In this document: positions 38,159 through 64,000 of the stretch, piece after piece
Layout of the letters: each line of letters starts with the position of its first letter
Position numbering within the stretch: the stretch's first letter is position 1
Assembly: GCF_009914755.1 (NCBI RefSeq)
Contig: NC_060930.1
Reading direction: 5' to 3' (one strand)
Length of the DNA stretch: 64,000 nt
Origin: the human T2T-CHM13v2.0 reference genome, Homo sapiens
Notes under the pieces: model-generated
The model's input: only the letters and a program-made list of their open reading frames with translations
Database searches by the model: none
What the model was told of the DNA's origin: nothing
Made by a program: the position numbers and the translations under genes

Positions 38159-38792
38159 CTTGCAGTCCCCCATTATTTCTAGTCTCCTGGTATCCATACC
38201 CTCATTTAGTCCCCTTCTATTAGCCTGCTCAATAAATGTCAGCTTATTTTTGGAATTTAAAGTCATAAGAATGGAAATGGATGAAATGACTTACGGAGAA
38301 AACATGGATAGAAGAAAGCTCCAAAATCTGAGCCCTTGGGACTTAGTCCATTTGGGCGGCCACAACAAAAGACCTCAGCCTGGGTGATTTATAAACTGCA
38401 GAAATGGATTGCTCACAGTTCTGGAGGCTGGGAGTCCAAGATCAAGGCACTGGCAGATTCCGTATCTGCTGAGGTCTCTGTCTATTACACAGATGGTGCC
38501 TTCTATGTGTCCTTACATGGCAGAAGAGCCAAGGGAGGTCCCTTAAGCCACTTTTATAAGGCACTAATTCTGTTCATGAGAGATAAGGAGGACCCCGCAA
38601 GAGAGACTAAGAGGGAGCATCCAGAAAGGTAGGATAAATATCAGGAAAATATGATGTCTGGAAACCAAGTAAGGTAAGTTTTCTAAGGAAGAGAGAGAGA
38701 GCGAGAGGAGATTAACTTTCAAATGCCATTGAGAGTTGCTAGGAATAACAATTAAAATGAGCAATGTGGAGGTCATCGGTGACCTTGATTTA

Positions 38793-39408
<616 letters not shown>

Positions 39409-40869
39409 TTGTCAGTAGTGTTAAGAGAAAGAACCTCTTTGGAATGCGTTAATGAATGAGAAAACATAAACTGAAAGCAGTACCTAGACACATCATTTTG
39501 AAAGAATGTTGCTATAAAAGGAAGGTGATAGATGAGGTAGCAGACGGAGGGGTAAGTGGAGTCAGGAAGGAATCGTTTTTGGGATGGGGGAAATAAGAGT
39601 ATGCTTTATGAGGATTAGTATAATATGGTAACAAGAGGAAATTTTATAGCACAGGGGAGGGACAGAATTGCTAGAGTGATGTCCGTGAGTAGGAGAAGGT
39701 TGGATGGGATCACGGGCTTTGGGAAGAGGGTCAATTCATCCACACCAGCAAGGGAGAAGGGAGCGTATATGGGCACAGAGGTTAGTGTGCTGGTGGGAGC
39801 TTGTGGCACTTGTGATCACTTTACTCTTTACCAACCTCCAGAACTGTGAGAAAATAAACTTCTGTTGCTTAAGCCAAAAACAAAACAAAAAAAGACACCT
39901 CTTATTACTGGTCAGATGACTGTGTTTGCTGAATCAACTGAAAAGCTTTGTCTGAACAACCCCCTACAGGCTGTCATTTGGCGGAGAATGTGAGAGCCTT
40001 CGATAAACTTATCCGGGACCTCCCTGTCGTCTTCTTCTCACTGAAACCTGGCTCCCTGGGACTCGGCCTTCCCTGAGCATCTCAAATGGTGTTTTCTCTC
40101 CTATAACCTTTGTGCCACTGAAACTAGGGGTGGAGTAGGTCTCTTCCTCATTCCTCATCACTGCTTCAAACCATCTTCCCTTTCATCTTCACAGATACAT
40201 CCAGCTACAAATCTCACGCCATTATCAGACTCTTCCACACATTTTTCCACTTCGTAAGCAGTCATCTTCTGGGGTCACACCCCCATTCCTTGCAGAGATA
40301 CACTGCCACTCTAGGCAATACACTTCTGCCCCAATTCCTGGTGATTTCAATGTCCACTTAGACGACCTCTCCTCCAATGACCCCCTTGTCCGCCCTACCT
40401 CAGCGGCTCACTTCTGTGGTCATATCCTTGACGTTGCAACCAAGTAACAACAACCCTGACATAACATCAATTGCCACAACTCACTCTCCTCCTCACCACC
40501 ATCTTGGCATTCTCCCTCTCATTTCTCCAACTCCAACAATACTTTGACCCCATTGGGACTTCACTTATGATCCTATCACCATTTTGCTTCTTTCAATGCT
40601 ACCATATCCGTTCTTCCCTTCTTATTCAGCTAAACTCTGTGGTCAGTTATTATCATGACTTCTTGCTTGAACCCTGAGCTCTCTTGCCCTCTCTTCTCCG
40701 TCACTTCAGGAGGCTCCACCACAACCCTGATGAAATCCAACTCTGCCTGTTCCACGCTTGTCCCTATAGAAAAGCATCCAACCCTGCAGAATGTTTTAAA
40801 TTTGTGGTCACTCACCTATGTGGGCCTTGTTCATTCTCCCTGTTTCCTAGAAAATTATTTCATCACTTA

Positions 40870-41233
<364 letters not shown>

Positions 41234-42270
41234 TTAAAAAATAGACTTGTGACAATGGAACATAGTAGCTCTGGCACATAGTAGTTGATTAAAAAAATAG
41301 TAGCTGCGATTTTTGCACTTGCAATGGTTTATGTTATTCAATTAATCAACCAGGATTGAAAACCAGGTTATCAGGTGGGCCAAGGAAAAGGTCAGAAGAG
41401 GTGCCGTCCACAGAGACAAATCTGAGCAGAGGTCTGAATGAGGGGAGGAGGGAGCAGGAGCTGCTTGAGGGGGCTGAGGGGTCTGGAGGTGGGGTGGGGG
41501 AGGGGCGATTTAAGGGTGGAAGAGAGCCACAGGCACTGAGGTCGCCTGCTCCACGGCTCCACCTGGTGGAAATCATCCTTGCAGAGCTCAAGCTACAGAC
41601 AAACCCAAGGAAAAAAGATGTAATACTCAAATATTGCAGCCAATACTTCTGTTATAAATGTTTTTAATGTAGCGGTGTTCTTCTAATTATTACTTGTCTT
41701 TCGGAAGTACACATTTAAATGTTTTTGCACCTTTGTTCTTAGATCATTTTGCAGCATCAACTTTTCTCCCTGGGGTTCCTGAGCCCCCTTTTCTCTAGCC
41801 TCGGAGGCAGAATATTTGTGGAGTCGAATCAGCCCTGCTCAGTAGTCCAGCAAACTCTTTTCTTTTTAAACTAGTATCTCTGCAAGCAAACTCTTCTTCC
41901 ACATCCCACAACCCAACTCCTCATCCCCACAAACACAAAGGCACCTCGCACCACACCTTACTGCTGCTTCTCGGCCCCCAGCGCACACTCCCTTTGCTCT
42001 GCGACATTGCACCTGGGAGCTCCACAGCTGCGCTTCTGCCTTGCCGGCTGGCTTGGGTTCTATTCTGGCGGAGATTTGAAGGCAGTAGGAGGAGGGCAGG
42101 ACTGCCTTTTTCTGGTTTGAGCGCTGTCCCTGCAATGGCGCTTCCCCCTCAGCAGCAGCTGGTTCCAGCCTCCGTTTCCCCTCAGCGCTAACGTCATTGC
42201 TCCCCCTAAACAGATCAGCAGCAGCCGTGTGCCCTTCTCGGAGGTCTGAGCCCCAGCTTCATAGGGCCAT

Positions 42271-43040
<770 letters not shown>

Positions 43041-43340
43041 GTGATTGCCTCCTCCACCAAGTCTCTCAGTTCCAATAACTCCAGACTCTTCTCTTTAAGG
43101 GAAGAGTTATTCTAACCCTTAGAATAACTTCTAACCCTTAAGGGAAGAAGTTATTTTATATTAGCATGGTGCTTTATTTCATTTTGTTTGATGTTTGTTT
43201 GTTCCGCTCTTCAACACGTGTTACCAATTACCTTTAGTGAATTCCCTCCATTGAAATAACATTATGTGGTTTCTTCTTTCCTGATTCAACCCTGACACAG
43301 TGCTTGTTACCGGGAGAGGTTCTAGGAAACAAGACTATCA

Positions 43341-43678
<338 letters not shown>

Positions 43679-43726
43679 TCAGGAAGCTGACACAGAAGTA
43701 TTGCTTGAAGCCAGGAGTTTGAGTCT

Positions 43727-44064
43727 TGATATGGTTTGGATCTGTGTCCTCACCCAAATCTCATGTTAAATTGTAATCTCCAGTGTTCGAGGTGGGGCCT
43801 GGTGGTAGATGATTTCTTCATGGGGACAGTTTCTCATGGTTTACCACCACTGCCCCTTGGTATTGGAAGGTGAGTGATATCTGGTTGTTTAAAAATGCAC
43901 GGCACCTCCCCCCCACCTCTTCCTCTTGCTCCCAGCCATGTGAAGTGTTGGCAACCCTGCTGCCCTCCGCCATGATTGTAAGTTTCCTGAGGCCTCCCCA
44001 GAGGCCAAGCAGATGCCAGAATCATGCTTCCTGTACAGCCTGTGGAACCGTGAGCCAATTAAAC

Positions 44065-44095
<31 letters not shown>

Positions 44096-44156
44096 CATAT
44101 ATATATTACCTAATCTCAGGTATTTCCTTCTAGCAATGTGAGAATAGACTAATACA
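43727..44156 (+). mobile_element. MST solo LTR inserted in a FAM/7SL-like monomer (43650-44237)
   Basis: TGATATGGTTTGGATCTGTGTCC ... GACTAATACA; flanks AGTCT/AGGCT. Confidence 0.85.
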
Positions 44157-44454
44157 AGGCTGAAGTGCACTATAATCGTGCCTGCAAAGAGCCTCCATCC
44201 TGGGCAATATAGCAAAACCCCATCTTTATAAAAAAAAATTCTGGGATTAGCTTGGAAATGCCACTTGCCTTAAAAAGAGTGCTGAGCTCCTTGCAAATGG
44301 GACAGTAATGCATGTCATGCCATAGCATTATGATTAATTGCAGTATCACCTCTAGTGATTGTGATGAAATGCCTAATAAAGCAACTATTAGGAGACCAGT
44401 TAGCTGCTGCACTTGACCACTTCGTTAGTAATGATTACTACCAGGGCTGTGGAC

Positions 44455-47790
<3,336 letters not shown>

Positions 47791-48089
47791 CATGAATGAG
47801 AATGAGCTTTTCCTCAAAGCATGAGAAACTAGGCCAAAGCAAACAACAAAAGGATCTTAGACAGACAGACAGACAGACACACACACACACACACACACAC
47901 ACAGAACTTCTCTTTCTCTCCTTTTATTTATTTACTTGACCACATCATCTGCTAAAACGTTAAAAGCAAATAAGATGCATTTTCCATTTTGTGATTTTAG
48001 AAAAATTTACATTATTACAATAGTAGTACATTCTTGCCTGTGAGTGTAGGTGATTGATTGTATGCAATGCAGTTCTGCTCAGAGCATGA

Positions 48090-50225
<2,136 letters not shown>

Positions 50226-50399
50226 ACTGTGTGTGTCTCCTTTTGTTTTCTTTTTTCCTTGGGCTGCATCTGGGTCCTGGTAATACTCCTTCCATTGCAC
50301 AACTAATTCAATGTTTGAACTCTGGAAAGGAACACAAGTGGATATAAAAAGTTTAAAATTTGACATTGATAAAATAGTTGGAAATGTGCATGCAGTAGC

Positions 50400-53900
<3,501 letters not shown>

Positions 53901-54891
53901 CTTTCCTAAGGGTCACTGAGTACCTGATTTACTGACATGGGATCCAGAGTAACAGTGCCTAGGACATTCTAAAGAGAATGAGGTGAGGCAGGGGGCGCAT
54001 AACCAGAGGACCTGCTGATCCCGACCATACACTTCATCACCCAAAAAGCTACTGACCTGATGGGAGTTGAGATGAACCCCTGGGTTGCCACTATGCCTAC
54101 AGCTTGGGGATGACACCCCACAGGGCCAGGCACTGTCCTTCAACATGTGGAATGTACTTTGCCCTTTATATGGTTCCAAAGTATTTCAGTGATACTGAAT
54201 CAAACACGGGGCTAGTATCTTCCTCTGTTTCCAGTTTGTAGCTTTTGATGTTGATCTGAAATGACCGCCCAGCAGGAAAGTTAAATGAAGAGCTAGTACA
54301 TTACATGCAACACAAATCATTGTAATTCACAAGTTAACCTGCAGATGGTGCCATATTATTGCTGTCTCTTTGTTGATCTTTTTAAAAAATTACCTCCCTG
54401 ACCCCTGTGGGTCCATATCTGGTTGTGACAAACTCATGAGGAAAGACCACAGTCACTGAGTCCCAAAACATTTGGAGTTGAATTTTTACTAACACTGTCT
54501 GATGTGCAACCTTCCTTCAAGAAAAAAAAAAAGAGATGCTCAGGACAAATAGCTAATGCATGTGGGGCTTAAAACCTAGATGGCGGGTCGATAGTTGCAG
54601 CAAAACACCATGGCGCACATATACCTATGTAGCAAACCTGCACGTTCTGTACATGTACCCCGGAACTTAAAGTTAAAAAATGGAAAATAAAGCTTAAAAA
54701 AAATTGTTATCTAGCCCTTCACAGAAAAAGGCTGACTCCTGCTTTAGGAGAAAGCACAAAAAAGGAGGTAAAAATAAACAGTGCAATCAGACTTCTGTTG
54801 GACCCTGAGAGTTTAATTATGGAAGGTGAAGGGGGAAAAAAACAGAAGAGGAAAAGAGAGCTAAGTGGAAAAAGTCTTTGAAAATTTAGTA

Positions 54892-55500
<609 letters not shown>

Positions 55501-55519
55501 TAGTACAAAAATGCACTTT

Positions 55520-56697
<1,178 letters not shown>

Positions 56698-57269
56698 AAA
56701 GTTTTTTATAGTTTTTATAAGTGACCCCACTTCCACCAACCCTCACTTTTGGACGCTGGAATCAGCTTTGGAGATTTGTGTTTGCACCCAGACTTCATTC
56801 CTTACTAGCTTGGCGCCCTGCACTAGAAACCTCCATCTCTATTCTGTAAAAGTGAAGCAATAATGCCAATCTAATTGATGGAATGAGGAATAAGCTAATC
56901 CATTCAGGCAGTTTACTTAGCAATTGTAGGAAATTAAAGCTTTTTCTCTCCTCTTGTCTCCTTTACACTAAAACAGGGTGGACTGGGCACAATTTAACCC
57001 CTCCTGAATAACACGGATGTTTTTGAGATGAGTAACTATTGCTTTTTTTTTTCCACTGAGGTGTGGAAAAGCAGAGAAGCAGAGAAGTAGAGAAGCTTCA
57101 GAAATTGCTTTGTGAAGTTGAATGTGGATGTAAATAGGCAGCAGTTGCTGCCTCCTCCTTTCCCAAGGCTCAGCTCCCATTTCTAGTAGTTTAATTTAGA
57201 ATCCAAGAAACTGTGGACCTGTGCCTTCCCTCTAAATGACAAGGAGTAATAGAAGATGAGGATAACAAG

Positions 57270-59148
57270 GTAAAGGTAGCTTACCTTTGCAATTCCAGCA
57301 CTTTTGAGAAGCACAAAAATTACTTGAGAGCCACGACTTCAAAACCAACCCAGGGAACAGAGTAACACCTGCTCACTCCCAAAAACGTAAAATGTAGCCT
57401 GACAGAGCATCCAGACTTGGTGCGTTCGTCTCACAGGCTTCACTCAGCAGATCTTTGTGGTGAGTGTTACAGCTTTTAAGAATATATATGTGGAGATTTC
57501 TATTCCCCTCTCCCGACTTACTTATTCTTTGTTAAGTTTAATGACCTGCCTGGCCTACAGACATAAACCTACGAACCTTCATAATAAGCACTACAAAACA
57601 AAGAAAATACAAACAAACTGCAACAAAAATCTATTGCAAAAAACAAACACTTCCACACCACACAAAAAGTACTGCAGCTGGTTACCAGTACTGGCTCCCG
57701 CAGCCTGCTATTATACTCTTATCTGGCCCCACCCACATCCTGCTGATAGGTCCATTTTACAGAAAGCTGATTGGTCTGTTTTACAGAGAGCTGATTGGTC
57801 TGTTTTACAGAGAGCTGATTGGTCTGTTTCACAGAGAGCTGATTTGTCCATTTTGACAGGGTGCTGTTTGGTGCATGTACAATCCCTGAGCTAGACACAT
57901 AGTGCTGATTGGTGTATTTGCAATCCTCTAGCTAGACATAAAAGTTCTCCAAGTCCTCCCCAGATTAACTAGACACAGAGCACTGATTGGTGCGCTTACA
58001 AACCTTGAGCTAGACACAGGGTGCTGATTGGTGCATTTACAACCTTTAGCTAGACACAAAAGTTCTCCAAGTTCCCACTAGATGAGCTAAACACAGAGCG
58101 CCGATTGGTGCATTTACAAACCTTGAGCTAGGTACAGGGTGCTGATGGGTGTGTTTACAAACTTGAGCTAGACACCGAGCACTGATTAGTGCATTTATAA
58201 TCGTTTAGCTAGACAGAAAAGTTCTCCAAATCTCCACCAGATTAGCTAGATACAGAGTGCTGATTGGTGCACCCATGAACCCCAAGGTAGACAGAGTGCT
58301 GATTGGCACATATACAATCCTCCGGCTAGACATAAAAGTTCTCCGCGTCCCAACTCTACTGAGGAAGCCAGCTGGCTTCACCTAGTGAATCCACCATCAG
58401 GGCCGTGGGCGGAGCTGCCCTCCAGTCCGGCGGTGTGCGCCCGCACTCCTCAGCCCTTGGGCAGTTAATGAGACCGGGTGCCGGCGGAGGAGGGGGGCGC
58501 CCGTTAGGGGAGGCTTGGGCCGCCTGGGAGTCCACTGCGGGGGACTCGGGCGTGGCGGGCTGCAGGTCCCAAGCCCTGCCCCGCGGGAGGTGGCTGAAGC
58601 CCGGAGAGAATTCGAGCGCGGCGAGAGCGGGCCAGCGGTGCTGGGGGACCCGGCGCCCCCTCTGCAGCTGCTGGCCCGGGTGCTAAACCCCTCACTGCCT
58701 GGGGCCGGCAGCGCTGACGGCCCCTCCCAGTGCGGAACCCGCGCCCGCTGGGAACTCGCACTGGCCCGCGAGCGCCGTGAGCAGCCCCGGTTCCCGCCCA
58801 GCGCCTCTCTCTCCACATCTCGCAAGCCACACCTCCCCGCAAACACAGGGAGCAGGCTCAGGCCTCAGCCAGCCCAGGGAGGGGCTCCTACAGTGCAGCG
58901 GCAGGCTGAAGGGCTCCTCAATCTTGGCCAGAGCGGACACCAAGGCCGAGCAGGTGCTGAGAGCGAGCCAGGGCTGCTAGCACGTTGTCACCTCTCAGCA
59001 TGGTGGCACGCACCTGTGGTCTCAGCTATTTGGAAGGATCACTTGAGCCCAGGAATTAGAGGTTGCAGTGAGCTGGGATGGCACCACTGCACCGCAGCTT
59101 GGGTGTCAGAGCAGCAAGACTCTGTCTCTGAAAAAAGATAAAAATAAA
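57270..59148 (+). mobile_element. AluJ split by LTR12 (left arm ~57270-57405, right arm 58998-59148)
   Basis: Left arm ends ...TGTAGCCTGAC; right arm resumes GCATGGTGGCACGCACCTGT. Confidence 0.75.
57406..58997 (-). mobile_element. LTR12 (ERV9) solo LTR, copy 1
   Basis: Minus strand begins TGAGAGGTGACAACGTGCT; GC-rich U3; about 9 CCAAT (ATTGG) boxes in GCTAGACAC repeats. Confidence 0.93.
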
Positions 59149-59715
59149 AGAGACAGATGAATTGTGCCCAATGGCCCTAGATGTAGGGCCTCCACTATAC
59201 CACATATGGGATGGGGGCGTGAGTCACAGAATAGCATCCTTTCTGGAGTGTCCTGGCGGAGACACATGTTCTCATAGTGTAGCAGCAGAGTTACCTATTC
59301 CTCACTTCCAGCTTTTGATGGTTTTGCTATTTTTCATGTCTGTTTTTCTAATGGTTCTAGCACAGCTCTTACTAAGTCAAGTTGAGAAGCTGGCCGAGTG
59401 GCTTCCATCCCTTCGCCCTTTCTCCCCACCTGGCAGCTCCGTGGGGCAGTCAGGGGCATGGGCCTGGGAGCTGCCCTGGCTGACGTGAAAACAGGCTCCT
59501 TCCAGTGTGAAATGGGGCCAGTAATCCTTGCCGCCCCTGCTCTTAGGAGGGTTGTGTGCAGTGGCTGTTCCCTCCAGGTTTTCCAAAGTGCCCACGGAGA
59601 GTGAAACGGTGAATGAATGAATCTAAGCCAAGGCATCATGTAGGAGTCAGTGGCTCACAATAATTTGTGGTGAGGTGTGCCTGAAGATACAAAATGTGTC
59701 ATTAAAACACACACA

Positions 59716-60284
59716 GGGGCACCGTGGCTCACATCTATAATCCCAGCACTTTGGTAGGCCGAGGTGGGCAGATTACCTTAGGTCAGGCGTTCGAGACCAG
59801 CCTGGCCAACATAGTGAAACCCCATCTCTACTAAAAATACAAAAATTAGGCGTGGTGGCACATGCCTGTAATTCCAGCTACTTTTGTTGGGTGGGGGGGC
59901 GGCGCTGAGGCAGGAGAATTGCTTGAACCCAGGAGGCGGAGGTTGCAGTGAGCCGAGATTGTGCATTCCAGGCATTCTAGCCTGGGTGACAGAGTGAGAC
60001 TCGATCTCAAAACAAAAAACAAAAAAAAAACTAGCTCCATCAATTTTAATGGCTTACTAATTTTAATGCTCTTGAGAAAAACCACGTCTGGGTTGGTTCC
60101 CTCCTTTACAAAATGGAGATAACAGTTTTGTTTTTTTAAGAAGGGGTTCTTGCTCTGTCACCCAGGCTATAGGCCAGTGGCATAATCATAGCTCACTGCA
60201 GCCTATAACTCCTGGCCTCAAGCGATCCTCCCACCTCAGCCTCCCAAAGCATTGGGTTACAGGCATAAGCCACTATGTCCGGCC
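59716..60284. mobile_element. AluS (+, 59716-60030) and internally deleted AluJ (-, 60125-60284)
   Basis: Alu consensus matches. Confidence 0.8.
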
Positions 60285-60289
60285 AATAT

Positions 60290-60975
60290 TATCTATTTTT
60301 TTAATTAAAATTTTTATTTGGGGATAACTGTAGATCCAATTGTAAAAAGTACTACAGAAAGATTCCATGTACCCTTTACCCAGCTTCCCGCAGTAAAGTT
60401 TGCAAAACTATCATACAATATTGCATCTAGTATATTAAAATGTACATAAACTACCAATTTTATTCAGTTTCACTGTTACTCATGTGTATTTTGTTCTAAA
60501 TAACTATATCGCATGTGTAGGTTTGTGTATTTACTTCCCCAGCCATGACCACAAAGAACTCTGACCTCTCCTGTTGCCCTTTTACAGCCACACCTACCTG
60601 TCTTCATCATGACCCCCCTCAATGCCTGGCAGCCACAAATCTGTTCACTTCCAAAACTTTGTATTATCAATAATGTTATATACATAGAATCATGTAGGCG
60701 TGTGTGGGATTTTTTTCCACTCTGCATACTTCCTTGGAGCTTCATCCAAGTTGTTGCATTTATTGTGAATTTGTTCCTTTTGATTGCTAAGTGATAGTTT
60801 GTGGTTTGGATGTACACAGTTTAACTATTCATTAAAGGACATTTGGACTGTCTCCAAATTTTGGGCTATTATGAACAAGACTCCTATGAACATTCTTATA
60901 TGGGTTTTTATGTTAATGTACATTGTAATTTCTCTGGGATAAATACCTAAGAGTACAATTGCTAGGTTAATATCT
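60290..60975 (-). mobile_element. Old L1M 3' fragment
   Basis: GTACCCTTTACCCAGCTTCCC ... TCTCTGGGATAAATACCTAAGAGTACAATTGCTAGG. Confidence 0.75.
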
Positions 60976-61439
60976 ATTTTTATAGGTCTTGGCGAGCAAT
61001 AAATTGAATGAGATCGTGTATGTAAAATCACTCATCTGACTTTTTTTTTCATTCCTCAACCTTCTTCCTTTCCTTCCTTTTGATGACGTTTTGGTCATAG
61101 GTTTGTGCTAGGATGAAAGTCTTGTTTAAAAAGAAAAAATGAGAGGATGGACTTCTTTTTGGAAAAGATGTAATGAACAGATGCCGTTGAGACCTGTTAG
61201 GATTTTCTGTCCTTAAATTTCTTTCCACAGATTTTCAGAGCTTGAGTCACTTTATAATTTCAGAGAACACATCTTCGTCACCTGCTGTGGCGTAGTGACT
61301 TTAATCTAGATGATCTTGCTGGCAGCTGTGCTGGATGAACAAGTGTCTTCTGTTTTATAGGCAGCATCGTCACAAACACTGTCAGGTCAGGAAAAGAAAA
61401 AGAAACACACACCACAGCACTTTATTCCAGGCAGATTGA

Positions 61440-62462
<1,023 letters not shown>

Positions 62463-62557
62463 ACAACCACACACACACACAGAAAAGACACACTCCAGGG
62501 ACAGGGGCTCAGACTTTCCAAAGTCTTCGCAAACTTATGCTTTTCCAGGGCTGCTGG

Positions 62558-64000
62558 TGTGTCCAGAATTGGTCAGTGCCCGGTTTCACCGACTTCAAAA
62601 ATGAAACCATGGGCCCTTAACAGTGAGTATTAAATTTCTTATAGGCGGCATGTCTGGAGCTTGCTCCTTCTAATGTTCCAATGTGTTCAGTTTTTTTCCT
62701 TTTGGTGGATTATGTAGTCTTCCTTGCTCAGAAGTGAGGCTACTAACTTTCACAGTGAATGTTATAGCTCGTAAAACTGGCACGTCTGGAGTTATGTCTC
62801 AGTGAATTTGTGGGCTCACTGGCTTCAGAAGTGAAGCCACAGACCTTCATAATGAGTGCTACAATTCACAAAAGCAGCACAGACCTAAAGACCAAGCAGA
62901 AACAAGACGAGGGAGGAGGAGGAAGAGAAAAAGCTTCCACACAGCAAAAGTAGGTTACAGCTTATTACTACTGGAAGCTCAAGGCAGCCTGCTTTTATTC
63001 TCTCATCTGGCCCCACCCACATCCTGCTGATTGGTCCATTTTACAGAGAGCTGACTGGTCTGTTTTGACAGGGTGCTGATTGGTGCGTTTACAATCCCTG
63101 AGCTAGACACAAAAATTCTCCATGTCCCCGCTAGATTACCTAGATACAGAGTGTTGACTGATGTATTTACAAATCGTGAGCTAGTCACAGAGTGCCGATT
63201 GGTGTATTCACAATCCCTTAGCTAGACATAAAGATTCTCCAAGTCCCCAACAGATTAACTAGATACAGAGTGCCGATTGGTGCATTCACAAACCCTGAGC
63301 TAGACACAGGGTGCTGATTGGTGTGTTTACAAACCTTGAGCTAGAGACAGTGCTGATTGGTGTATTTACAATCCCTTAGCTAGACATAAAGGTACTCCAT
63401 AGTCCCACACCAGACTCAGGACCCAAGCTGGCTTCACCCAGTGGATCCTGCACTAGGGCCGCAAGCGGAGCTGCCTGCTGGTCCCGCGCTGTGCGCCTGC
63501 ACTTCTGCACTCCTCAGCCCTTGGGCAGTCGTATGGGATCTGGGCGCTCTGGAGCACGGAGTGGCGCTCGTCGGGGAGGCTTGGGCTGTTGGGGAGGCTT
63601 AGGCTTGGCGGGCTGCAAGTCCGGAGCCCTGCCCCGCGGGGAGGCAGCTAAGGCCCGGCGAGAAATACGAGTACAGCAGCTCCTGGTCTAGGTGCTAAGC
63701 CCCTCACTGCCCCGGACTTGCGAGCCGGCGGCTGCTCCGAGTGCGGAGCCCGCTGAGCCCACAACCCGCCCGGAACTCGCGCTGGCCCGCAAGCGCTGCA
63801 CGCAGCCCCGGTTCCCGCCCGGCTTGTCTCTCCACACCTCCCCGCAAGTTGAGGGAGCCGGCTCCGGCCTTGGCTAGCCCAGTAAGGGGCTCCCACAGTG
63901 CAGTGGTGGGCTGAAGTGCTTCTCAAGCGCTGCCAGAGTGGGCGCCCAGGCCCAGGAGGCGCTGAGAGCGAGCCAGGGCTGAGGGCTGTCAGCACGCTGT
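62558..64000 (-). mobile_element. LTR12 (ERV9) solo LTR, copy 2 (5' end clipped by the window edge)
   Basis: TGTGTCCAGAATTGG terminus at 62558; about 6 CCAAT boxes; GC-rich U3 running to the window end. Confidence 0.93.

Noticed and set aside
57406-57715. APOBEC3 editing during reverse transcription as the cause of G loss
   Set aside because: Wrong strand polarity for a minus-oriented LTR, and the erosion continues into the flanking Alu
57760-58330. CRISPR-like spaced repeats (GCTGATTGG / GCTAGACAC)
   Set aside because: Normal LTR12 U3 enhancer repeats; no unique spacers and a eukaryotic context
58397-59141. 149-208 aa ORFs in LTR12 U3
   Set aside because: GC-rich LTR artefacts with no protein similarity

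Overview
Human (primate) euchromatic DNA, dense in Alu, L1, L2 and LTR elements. I place it on chr6p24 between TFAP2A and GCNT2 because I recognise three landmarks from memory (no database search): the MIR5689 hairpin (15449-15526), an MRPL48 retrocopy (MRPL48P1, 35404-36327) and the LINC00518/C6orf218 ORF (5630-5986). No bona fide multi-exon protein-coding gene is evident, and nearly all ORFs in the track are repeat-derived. Main content: a CpG island (~1.5-2.4 kb), the minus-strand lncRNA LINC00518 built from MLT1/MIR/L2 pieces, an Alu-derived miRNA hairpin, a retrocopy with an intact ORF, and two co-oriented LTR12 solo LTRs. The most striking observation is just downstream of the predicted TSS of the LTR12s, strongest in copy 1. 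There the DNA has lost G on the + strand (C loss on the non-template strand), and the loss extends into the host Alu. The upstream CCAAT/CpG-rich U3 is well preserved, and copy 1 carries MYB sites, a TATA-like box and splice donors. This suggests a very active germline promoter with a local transcription-linked mutation hotspot. Repeat subfamily names and boundaries were assigned by eye and are approximate.
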